DNA from: Trichomonas gallinae
Taxonomy: Eukaryota
Length of the DNA stretch: 33,562 nt
NCBI GenBank assembly: GCA_008369845.1
Contig: MRSU01001471.1
Span: forward strand, 1-33,562
Reading direction: 5' to 3'
Made by a program: the position numbers and the translations under genes
Part shown: piece by piece, positions 9,906 to 18,251 of the stretch
Position numbering within the stretch: position 1 is the stretch's first letter
Layout: every line of letters begins with the position of its first letter
The notes under the pieces: generated by a model
The model's input: the letters and a program-made list of their open reading frames with translations, nothing else
Told to the model about the DNA's origin: nothing
Database searches by the model: none

Positions 9906-11366
9906 TTATTTTTGAAGCAATTTCTTGCTATTCTCTATAATACTTTTCAGCTTCTTCTTGTCTTCTTCTGACGCCAAATTCATGACAGTATCGCCGAAAT
10001 CGTCAGTATCGTCAACTTTCGCGCCTTTGTTTATTAGTTTTTCTGCAATGTCCATTTTGCCATACATGACAGCTGTCATGAGCGGTGTATAACCCATTGA
10101 TGACTTCACGTTTACGTCGATATTGTATTCGAGCAATAAGTCGATCATCTCGAGCTGCGAATGCTCAACACAATGAAGCAAGGCATTCTTATCTTCCATA
10201 AACTCTGTGTTAGGGTCAATGCCTCTCGCCAACAAAGTAGAAACTAAGTCCACATCATTGCGCAAAATAGCACTTGCCCAGATCGTGTCGTTGTCACTTC
10301 TGCCGAGCTCTGCGCCTCTTTCGAGCAAAAGCGAGACAATTTCGCGTCTCTGGTTCATAAACGCAACTAAGAGAGGTGTAGCATCATGCTGGCTCTTGCT
10401 GTTGATGTCCGCTCCATTGTCCAACAGCAAATTCACGAGATCGACGTTCGTGCCCATCGATGCATAGATGATCGCGTTGCTTTTCGCATTGTTATAATGA
10501 TTGACGTCTTCGGTTCTTTCCAGCAAGAATTTCGAAAGCCAGAATATATCAATCTTGCACGAAGCTAACAGAGGATTATCTTTCTTGTTGTCTAGTTTAT
10601 CAAATCGCTCGCATTCGCAGAGAGTATTGATGAAAAAAGTAAAGTTATAATTGCTCAACATCGACGACCAGTCTCTGTTGATTGTGTAGTTTTCTAGCAT
10701 CCATTCTGCTATGTCGTTTCTGTATGCAGTCACTGCATCCTGCAGGCACTGGTCATTCACAGTGAACTTAGGCAAAATGAGGTGAATAATCTCAGCGTTT
10801 CCTCCGTACAATGCGTTTTTTAGCGTCGTTTCCGTAACATTAAAATTGTTTAATTGGAGGAATTTAAAGCAGTTCACTGAGCCATATTTAGCTGCAATAT
10901 CGTTAAAGTGTAATATCTCAGTGACTACTGTGTTTTCTACTCTGTAGCATACGTCTGAATCGAAAACTGGGTTCGAAAACATTTTTTGTAAAACTTCTAT
11001 GCGGTCGTTTAGTAATGTGGCACCAATTGTATTGGGACCGTATAATTCGAGGCTTTGGTTGTCTGTACTACGTATTTTTGATTTGAGAGCAGGTGCTTTA
11101 ATGAAAATATTTTCTATATTATATTCGTTTTTTATGGTAATGCCTAACTGGCATAAGCAATTGAATGAATGAGGTCTGTAGATCGAAACTGTGCTTAATA
11201 TATCCATCATTGTTGTAAGAGAAATCAGATTCTGATTTTTGATTCCATCGCGGATTGCTTGCATACATTCAGGAATTTTCTCGCTGGAAGCATTCCATAT
11301 CAAGTCAGCGATCCTATCAGCATCTAATAACTGCCGAGGAAGGGAATCACGTGAAATTTTCAACAC
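9906..11366 (-). CDS. Ankyrin-repeat protein with DUF3447-type central region; start codon uncertain (GTG at 11366, first in-frame ATG at 11264)
   Basis: About six C-terminal ankyrin repeats (e.g. LLLDNGADINSKSQHDATPLLVAF, GYTPLMTAVMYGKMDIAEKLINKGAKVD). The central DIAAKYGSVNCFKFL...NALYGGNAEIIHL segment is characteristic of the expanded trichomonad DUF3447-ankyrin family. Confidence 0.9.
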   Translation of the reverse strand: MLKISRDSLPRQLLDADRIADLIWNASSEKIPECMQAIRDGIKNQNLISLTTMMDILSTVSIYRPHSFNCLCQLGITIKNEYNIENIFIKAPALKSKIRSTDNQSLELYGPNTIGATLLNDRIEVLQKMFSNPVFDSDVCYRVENTVVTEILHFNDIAAKYGSVNCFKFLQLNNFNVTETTLKNALYGGNAEIIHLILPKFTVNDQCLQDAVTAYRNDIAEWMLENYTINRDWSSMLSNYNFTFFINTLCECERFDKLDNKKDNPLLASCKIDIFWLSKFLLERTEDVNHYNNAKSNAIIYASMGTNVDLVNLLLDNGADINSKSQHDATPLLVAFMNQRREIVSLLLERGAELGRSDNDTIWASAILRNDVDLVSTLLARGIDPNTEFMEDKNALLHCVEHSQLEMIDLLLEYNIDVNVKSSMGYTPLMTAVMYGKMDIAEKLINKGAKVDDTDDFGDTVMNLASEEDKKKLKSIIENSKKLLQK

Positions 11367-11460
11367 TTTTCTAATTTGAATATCTTAGATCTCAATTTCG
11401 TTTCTACGGAAGAATTTTATAATTCAGTATGAGCAATATATCAATAACGAAAATTTAATC

Positions 11461-11556
11461 ATCTGACATTTTGACACTTTACAAACAAAGGTTATTCATT
11501 TGACATTATTTCGCTTTACAAATAACGGTTATATCTGACAATTTGTCACTTTACAA
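11461..11556. repeat. Three-copy ~36-bp imperfect tandem repeat upstream of the ankyrin gene, carrying TGACA and CACTTTA motifs
   Basis: Copies start at 11461 (atctgacattttgacactttacaaacaaaggttattc), 11498 (atttgacattatttcgctttacaaataacggttat) and 11533 (atctgacaatttgtcactttacaa). Confidence 0.8.
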
Positions 11557-11898
11557 TTGATATTATTGATATTGCATTTTCCATCTATACCATATTATGC
11601 AATATCCTTTTTTCATCATAGATAATATCACGGACTATTTCTTTAGGCTCAGAGCTGAATTAACATCTATTTTTCTTGGCTATATATATTTAGAGATCAT
11701 TTAATTGATTAATTGATTAGAATTAGGAGTAAACTTTTATCTGAATAACAAGATTTTATATAACAAACAATTGAATATTAAAAATTAACATATCATAGAC
11801 CATTGGCGTATCTTCATTCAAATTCATTAAGCGTGTTATTGAATAAATGTATACTGTTGAGCATTAGATAGAAGAATAATTTTTTGAAAGATAAAATA

Positions 11899-12603
11899 TT
11901 ATTTTCGATTTCTCCAGTCAATCCTTGTACCGCTTTGATTTGTATCTGCTGTCCAAAGATTACTGGGCGTCTCATCTGGAAAACAAATTGTTAATTTGTT
12001 TGTGATGGTTTCACCAATAAATTCTAAATGATTTTGGCGTGAAAGTAGATCACTTCTTGTTAATATTGAGTTTCTAAACTGTTGCAAATTGATTGGAAGA
12101 TCTGCAACAATAGGTAAACCTTTTTGAATATCTTTCACAAGTTTAAGCATTGAAGTGTAATAAGCTCTAGCAAGGTTATCGCGAGCTGCAAGCATTTCCA
12201 TTTGTGCTGTTGGCGCAATTGGCGTCTCTATTGGATATTCAGTCAATAAAGATATTTCTGCATTTTTGGTGGTGATTTTTTTGAGAGTTGGTAGGTCCAA
12301 ATGCAACTGAAAAGATGGCTGATTCTCAATTTGCGGAGGATTTGAATAAATTGGTGTTGAATGTTGTCTTTGAATTGGTTGATTTGGCAATTCGGTAGGA
12401 AATTGTCTTCCTGGGCTTTGTGACCATATTGGAAAACTTCCTTGTCGCTGAGGCATAAAATTTTTAGGATCTTCAGAAATTTCACGAACTTTGTACTTTC
12501 TATCAAGAGCTTTGAACTTATTTTTATATCCACCATCATGGTTAGGTGGAGATGCATCAGACACTTCATTAAATGGTCTTTCTGGTATACTTGGAGGAAA
12601 CAT
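11899..12603 (-). CDS. Hypothetical protein, 234 aa; P/Q/S-rich N-terminal half, helical C-terminal half
   Basis: ATG-TAA ORF with protein-like composition. No family recognised. Confidence 0.8.
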   Translation of the reverse strand: MFPPSIPERPFNEVSDASPPNHDGGYKNKFKALDRKYKVREISEDPKNFMPQRQGSFPIWSQSPGRQFPTELPNQPIQRQHSTPIYSNPPQIENQPSFQLHLDLPTLKKITTKNAEISLLTEYPIETPIAPTAQMEMLAARDNLARAYYTSMLKLVKDIQKGLPIVADLPINLQQFRNSILTRSDLLSRQNHLEFIGETITNKLTICFPDETPSNLWTADTNQSGTRIDWRNRK

Positions 12604-12833
12604 ATGAAATTTTTGATAAAAATGTCAAAAAAAAAAAATACTTGACAAAAAAATCGATTTATTTGACATAAAATTAGTTGACAAATAATTATTTTACTTG
12701 TCATATTTTATTTTTCAGTATTTTTGATTCATTTATTCCACATCTTTAATATTTAATGCAAAAAAATTCAAAATTTTTGACCTATAAAATTTGCCAGCGA
12801 TGATGAAAAACTGACGTTTGTCATAATTTTTGA
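12604..12833. promoter_or_regulatory. Divergent (bidirectional) promoter region with several TGACA/TGTCA sites and an Inr-like TCATAA at 12821-12826
   Basis: 230 bp between head-to-head ATGs, with several TGACA/TGTCA copies in both orientations. TCATAA starts 13 nt before the ATG at 12834. Confidence 0.6.
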
Positions 12834-13193
12834 ATGAGTAGAGATCCTAATGATATGGATGATAGTTTTGCTAGTTTAATGAAGAAATCACGCAATACCC
12901 CACCGCATCCTAAGTCAGGACAAGTCCATAGAACTAATTCCGCAAAAATAAATTATTACGAAACGAATGATAATGAGATGGGTGGCTTTGGTATGATGGG
13001 CGGCATGGGTATGATGAGCGGCCTATCTCACATGGGAGCTTATGGTGAATATTCAAGAAAACCAAAAATTGGAAGACTTTCAAGTCACGAATTTGGTGCC
13101 TCTCAAGTGCATGAACTTAGACCTGACAAGTACATTGAAAGGTCTCCTGTTTCCACAATCATACCGTTCTCACCTGTTATAATCGATGTGTAA
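12834..13193 (+). CDS. Small hypothetical protein, 119 aa, with a Met/Gly-rich low-complexity segment
   Basis: Inr-like motif upstream, TAAA stop and an EMGGFGMMGGMGMMSGLSHMG tract. Confidence 0.75.
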   Translation: MSRDPNDMDDSFASLMKKSRNTPPHPKSGQVHRTNSAKINYYETNDNEMGGFGMMGGMGMMSGLSHMGAYGEYSRKPKIGRLSSHEFGASQVHELRPDKYIERSPVSTIIPFSPVIIDV

Positions 13194-13314
13194 AACCTAA
13201 ATTTTATTTTTTCAAGCATAATGCTTTATTCTGGTGTCAAATCTTTTCAAAAAGAATATTATTCTATTCAATTAAAACAGATATAACAAAAACTTTTATT
13301 ATTCTATAAATCTA

Positions 13315-14487
13315 TTATAATTTTGAAGCAATTTCTTGTAACTTCTTATGGATTTCTTGTAGTTTATTGAGTGTTTCGATTTGCTCGCGTGAAAGTGGAG
13401 GATTGTCGCGGATATTTTTGAAATTTTTGATTTTTTCTTTCATTTCATTCAATTCTGACTGGTCATTCAATTTGAGTGCATCTTTTCTTCTGTCTAATTC
13501 TATTTGTCTTGCTTGAAGTTCTTTTTGTCGAGTTCGAATTATTTCCATTCTGCTTTCTATGCTCGTGCTTTGATTGGAATCGAGAACTTCATAATTGTTT
13601 CCATTCTGGATATAAACTGATTCGTTGAACTTAATGAGTTTAATTTCTTGTTTAGATTTCAATTGCTTTTTGAGCTTTAATGCTATGGAATCGGTGGAGA
13701 GTGATGGAATAAACTGTGGATACTCATAAATAAATATATCACCGCTTTCTAAAGAAACATATAAATTCATATTGCAAATAAGAACGGATGTAATAGGATA
13801 CTCATACTCGACATCTATTGGAATCACTTCGGAATAAAAACCGAAATTCTGTGTGCTATAAGAATCATCTGTTTCTGTAAATTGCTGAAGAACGATATCT
13901 AAATCTTGTTGAGGAACTTGTTTCATTAATGAATTGAACTCATCTTTAGCAAGTTCAAATGATTTAGGGTAAAATGGATTGATAGCCACAAGAGTTTGTG
14001 CATAACTTGCAGCAATTAAAGAAAATTGATTCCAACTATTCTTTTCAGTGCAAGTAGCGAAGGAAACTGGCATATCTATTCTCATATAGTTACATGCATC
14101 TCCATTTAAGTCAATAAAATATATTGATCCTGTTTCTTCGAGTACAATGAGATTTTGGCCAATGGATGACCATTGTATATCGATAATTACACTGATATCA
14201 GAGACTTGATCAGTTAAATCTATCAAATTTTTATCATTCAAATTAAATACTAGAATTTTTTCGGAAAAGAATATGATAATTTTCGAACTATCGTGAGATA
14301 TTGAGAAACGTTTGATATCTCCTTGAATAGGTATTGTTATGTCTTGAATAATATTATCATTTTCGAATAAGTTTCCGTTTGCGTCTAATTTGATTATTTT
14401 GTTATCAGAGCTACAATCAACAGCAATGAAAACTGTATCTGAGCTGTCTCCCGTTAAAGAAAATGTCTTTGGTAAAGACAAATTCAT
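13315..14487 (-). CDS. Beta-propeller plus C-terminal coiled-coil protein, Nup88/Nup82-like nucleoporin, 390 aa
   Basis: DIKRFSISHDSSKIIIF, IIDIQWSSIGQNLIVLEETGSIYFIDL and VSFA...SWNQFSLIAA...LVAINPFYP follow the order of Nup82/Nup88 propeller motifs. A heptad-rich tail starts at about aa 310. Confidence 0.6.
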   Translation of the reverse strand: MNLSLPKTFSLTGDSSDTVFIAVDCSSDNKIIKLDANGNLFENDNIIQDITIPIQGDIKRFSISHDSSKIIIFFSEKILVFNLNDKNLIDLTDQVSDISVIIDIQWSSIGQNLIVLEETGSIYFIDLNGDACNYMRIDMPVSFATCTEKNSWNQFSLIAASYAQTLVAINPFYPKSFELAKDEFNSLMKQVPQQDLDIVLQQFTETDDSYSTQNFGFYSEVIPIDVEYEYPITSVLICNMNLYVSLESGDIFIYEYPQFIPSLSTDSIALKLKKQLKSKQEIKLIKFNESVYIQNGNNYEVLDSNQSTSIESRMEIIRTRQKELQARQIELDRRKDALKLNDQSELNEMKEKIKNFKNIRDNPPLSREQIETLNKLQEIHKKLQEIASKL

Positions 14488-14514
14488 TTAAAAGCAGACA
14501 GACCTTTTGAATTT

Positions 14515-14663
14515 TGTGACTTTTGACATTTTACAAATTAAATGATTTTTGACATTTTACAAAATATTTTGGCACTTTACAAAAATGATTTTGACGTGTA
14601 AAACACATTGATACTATTCTTGACATGTAAAGAGTACTTTTGACATTCTTCATGACATTACAA
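14515..14663. promoter_or_regulatory. Array of about eight TTTTGACA(T/C)TTTACAAA-like motifs upstream of the Nup88-like gene
   Basis: ttttgacattttacaaa at 14521 and 14547, ttttggcactttacaaa at 14567, and further degenerate tgac(a/g) copies to about 14660. Confidence 0.7.
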
Positions 14664-14817
14664 TACCTACTTTTCCTTGCAATTCGAATATAAAATTTTA
14701 CATAACAAGATTATTTATGTTTGTTAGCAAGATATAGAATGAGCTTGCAAGATAGGTTCTAAATTATCATTACTAAAAATCCAAACACTATATTTAATAC
14801 AAACAATAATATAACAA

Positions 14818-16320
14818 TTACGGTTTTTCTTCGATAGTTGGGCGACTCTTAGGTTTTTCCTTTGAGCTATTTTCAGATTCATTATCATCATCGTCATCTT
14901 TCTGCTCATTTCTCTGCGGCTTCGTTTTTGCAGCTTCCAGCCAGTTTGCATCAGTAGCATCGTCATCATCATCGTCATCTCCTCTCTTCGGTTTCTCCTT
15001 GACTTTTGTATTGTCTAGTTGCTTGACTGGTTTTCCGTCAGGTCCAAGCTTCGGGCGGCTGGAGTCTTCCCATGCATCATCCTCATCATCTCCTGCGTCA
15101 TCGTCGTCGTTGTCTTTGTCTGGAAGATTCTGATGACTCTGATCCCAGCTCTCGTCGTCATCATCTTCGTCCTGTCTATCGGGTCTGATGTCTGGGACTT
15201 TGTTGTCGTCGTCATCATCTTCTCTGTGATCATCGTCATCATCCGGATCGATAACAATTCTCTTGTTGACTGATGTTGGCTGTGGAGTAGCAGCTGGTGT
15301 TGCAACAGGTGATGGAAGTGGTGTTGGAAGAGGAGAACGCGAAGGAGTTGGATATGCAGATTTCGTTGGTGGAGGTGATCGTGTTGGCCAAGGAGTTGGC
15401 TTGGGCGTTGGCTTTGGTGTTGCTGTAGGCTTCGGCGTTGCAGTAGGAAGTGGTGTAGCTGTTGCCATTGGCGTTTTGTAATCTAATATCCTGCAAACGC
15501 CCTGGAATGTGTTATAATAGAAGATTGATGGGAATTCTTTGGCTCTCTCAACACAATATGTCCTAGTTCCTGAAGTAAATGTGATATCTGTGTAGCATCC
15601 GATAAGTAAAGGATTTGATGGCATTTCCATGAAAACTTTGAATATATTATTCCTGAATATACAGTTTGTAAAGCCAACAACGACATTTGGAAGGTGGAAT
15701 AATGTTGTGACGTTATTTCCCATAATAACAGAACTTAAAACTTCTAACGGTCTTTCGCAGTAAGAAAGTGATATAATTGACAATCCTGATGCATTGTGAA
15801 GCATTGAATAATGCATAAAAGCAAGGGTTGGGAAAACAAGAGATAATCCAGAAGGTCCGCGCTCACAATAGCTAGATGTACTGTTTAAATCAACAAAAAC
15901 ATTTCTGCCTGAGTAAATTGCAATTGTAGCCTGTCCACGGTTGTAATATCGATATGTGCATCCTGAAATCATTGATTCGTTGAAAAATAGCTTTCCTAAT
16001 GGATTTGTACAGCCTTGCAGTGCATGGCATTTCGAGAATGATTCGCAATTTTCGATACATGAAGCAATTAAATTGAAAGATTCTGAAGAAAGAAACATTG
16101 CACCATTTGAAGCAACAGATGAGCATTCTCTGAATAAGCAGTTATAAATCGAAGGAATTCCATAGCTTCCAAGTGAAAAATATAGAGCTCCAGGATCTGC
16201 GTGAGAATGAATCTTAATAAACTGACACATAAAGAGCTGAAGCATACTAATGCTTGTATCGAACTTCTGGGCTTCTTTAAATGTCTCCTTATAATAAACT
16301 TTCTGTGTGAAATTAGGCAT
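14818..16320 (-). CDS. Beta-helix-like domain, Pro/Thr-rich linker and Asp-rich acidic tail; ~500 aa (alternative start 16356)
   Basis: IYNCLFRECSS..GAMFL and FTNCIFRNN repeats, (TPKP/TATP)n tract at about 15274-15475, and poly-Asp runs. A TCACTT Inr-like motif at 16340-16335 favours the ATG at 16320. Confidence 0.85.
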   Translation of the reverse strand: MPNFTQKVYYKETFKEAQKFDTSISMLQLFMCQFIKIHSHADPGALYFSLGSYGIPSIYNCLFRECSSVASNGAMFLSSESFNLIASCIENCESFSKCHALQGCTNPLGKLFFNESMISGCTYRYYNRGQATIAIYSGRNVFVDLNSTSSYCERGPSGLSLVFPTLAFMHYSMLHNASGLSIISLSYCERPLEVLSSVIMGNNVTTLFHLPNVVVGFTNCIFRNNIFKVFMEMPSNPLLIGCYTDITFTSGTRTYCVERAKEFPSIFYYNTFQGVCRILDYKTPMATATPLPTATPKPTATPKPTPKPTPWPTRSPPPTKSAYPTPSRSPLPTPLPSPVATPAATPQPTSVNKRIVIDPDDDDDHREDDDDDNKVPDIRPDRQDEDDDDESWDQSHQNLPDKDNDDDDAGDDEDDAWEDSSRPKLGPDGKPVKQLDNTKVKEKPKRGDDDDDDDATDANWLEAAKTKPQRNEQKDDDDDNESENSSKEKPKSRPTIEEKP

Positions 16321-16421
16321 CTTAAAAAATTGAAAAGTGATGCTTAAAAGTGACATGATAAGGTTAAAATTTAAAAGTGGCATTATTAAGGTTATTAAAT
16401 GTGACAACTTTAAAAGTGACA
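16321..16421. promoter_or_regulatory. Ultra-compact bidirectional promoter with repeated AAAAGTG(A/G)(C/T)
   Basis: 101 bp between divergent ATGs holding aaaagtgat, aaaagtgac, aaaagtggc, atgtgac and aaaagtgac, plus an imperfect direct repeat (taaaagtgacatgataaggtta / taaaagtggcattattaaggtta). Confidence 0.7.
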
Positions 16422-17096
16422 ATGACAAACGAATCTCCTAAGTTTCCTGGGTGGAAGACTCCATTACCTGCATTAACAGCACAGGAGAAACGAGCTTTCT
16501 TCGCAAGTCTTAAAAATCCGCAAGAACCATCAGGTGATATAACATTGATCGTTAAGTTACCAGTGGACATTCTATCACCCGAAGGCAAGAAGAAGTGGGA
16601 TGGACAAAAGAGTGCAGCGTTCGAACAATCAGAAATAACGTCAATTAAAGAAGATGTATTAATAGAAGCGTCATCTGTGAGACGTGTTATACAGAAAGAG
16701 AATGTTTTCGAGACAATGGATCAAAAAATCATGGAAAGTCGACAAATTGCGAAAAAAATCAAATCAGATTTCGAAATGTTACAAATACCTCCACCAACAG
16801 ATCCAATTGAGGTGGAGCCGCTGTTTGTTGATCAGCATATGCATTTAGATAAAACTCTTCCTGAACAAGAAGTTCGAACGCAGACAGATTTTGTTGCATT
16901 CAAGAAAAACCCTGCTCCTTCTACAGTTTCTAGAGATAGACAGAAAGCATTGCATACTATTCATGTTGCTGAGTCTCATCTGAATATAACACTGAATCAA
17001 ACACCAAAAGATACAAAGAAAGAACAAAAACCTCAAAGGTCCAGAAAGATAAACTGGGACAAAGTTAATGAACATGTACCTCATGAAGATTTTTAA
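16422..17096 (+). CDS. Hypothetical protein, 224 aa (start revised to MTNESPKF)
   Basis: First in-frame ATG at 16422; the ORF-track GTG extension lies in the promoter repeats. Charged, protein-like composition; no family recognised. Confidence 0.8.
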   Translation: MTNESPKFPGWKTPLPALTAQEKRAFFASLKNPQEPSGDITLIVKLPVDILSPEGKKKWDGQKSAAFEQSEITSIKEDVLIEASSVRRVIQKENVFETMDQKIMESRQIAKKIKSDFEMLQIPPPTDPIEVEPLFVDQHMHLDKTLPEQEVRTQTDFVAFKKNPAPSTVSRDRQKALHTIHVAESHLNITLNQTPKDTKKEQKPQRSRKINWDKVNEHVPHEDF

Positions 17097-17329
17097 TCAT
17101 TGTTTTGTTTATGTATAAATTGTTTCTATTCTTTAATCATCATGCATCATTGAAGCATGTCGAGCTGTTAACAATGGAAAATCACTCTTAGAGATAATGA
17201 TAATTTACATATTAATACTTTTTGCATTTCTAATGCTATAAGTGAGTTGCTGGCTTGTTAGAGTATAGTCACATGGAATGCAAAACTACTATTTATGTTT
17301 GTTAGTCAAATAATAATTATTTTTTCTAT

Positions 17330-17968
17330 TCAAATAAACTTCGCATTCGAGAAGTCATGGGCAGAGTTTGAAGCAGTAAACAATATTAACTGTGATCTAC
17401 ATTTGATAAATAATTCATCAAATGAATTTTTCTCAGATCCTACTGCTGCGGGTTCAAAGAACTTTATTGATATATCCTTATATGGTATTGTATGTAGAGT
17501 TTGATCCAAATTGCAGATTGTTTCGAAATTTCAAATTCATCAAAAGCTCTCCAAATCTTGATGGTATATTACCATATGGAACAACTGTTAAATTGCAATG
17601 AATTGTGAGCATCTAATAGCATTACATTTCCATGAAATTCAAGGAGATTGTAAAAATATGTTGGAGTCATTGAAATAATAATGAATGGGATAAAAGCAAC
17701 ATGTAACATAATGATTGGAAGGAAGTGAATTGAATTTTTGAAAAATCTACTGTAATATGCTGCTTGGTAATAAGCATCAATGAATTTCGAAAGAAAACTG
17801 TTGTTAATAGTTCCGCCAATACCAGGAGCTCTTACAATTGATCATCTGATTGTTTTGTTCAAAACATGATATAAACAAGCTCCTTATAATTTGATGATTC
17901 TTTTTATTACATCGTAACTTTGAGTGAAGCATGAATTAATGCAGTCTTATAAGAAGGAGAGAGAACAT
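17330..17968 (-). pseudogene. Possible decayed gene for a secreted/surface-type protein
   Basis: ATG at 17968 gives signal-peptide-like MFSLLLIRLH*. It is followed by long open segments in shifted frames (IVRAPGIGGTINNSFLSKFIDAYYQAAYYSRFFKNS...; TVVPYGNIPSRFGELLMNLKFRNNLQFGSNSTYNTI*GYINKVFEPAAVGSEKNSFDELF). Confidence 0.35.
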
Positions 17969-18251
17969 AAATCTATTTCTATTTGAAAAATCATAATTAA
18001 TAAAGAATGCGACATTTTTCTAATGGCCGTTTTTTGAAGCATTAATGAATGATGCCTATTGAAAAATGTAGTTTTTATTCACACTGATTATCTTTTTTTC
18101 AAGGATATTGATGAAAGCATCCTTGTAAAGCATTGAGAAGATCGATTGGAAAGTGAATTACTACTACAAAATAATATTTCTTGTGTTGATGAAATAATTT
18201 TGTCGAGTAAAATAATATTTGTCAAGTAAATTAACCTTAATTATTTTTTTA

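Noticed and set aside
14515..14663. CRISPR-like or transposon-terminal reading of the short repeat arrays
   Set aside because: Units are degenerate with no regular unique spacers, there are no cas or transposase genes, and the context is eukaryotic promoter DNA.
14724..16147. Many short overlapping or antisense ORFs (also 620-1102, 10207-10568, 25291-26184, 28503-28898, 32113-33115)
   Set aside because: Shadow frames of real genes caused by codon bias and low-complexity repeats; no independent features.
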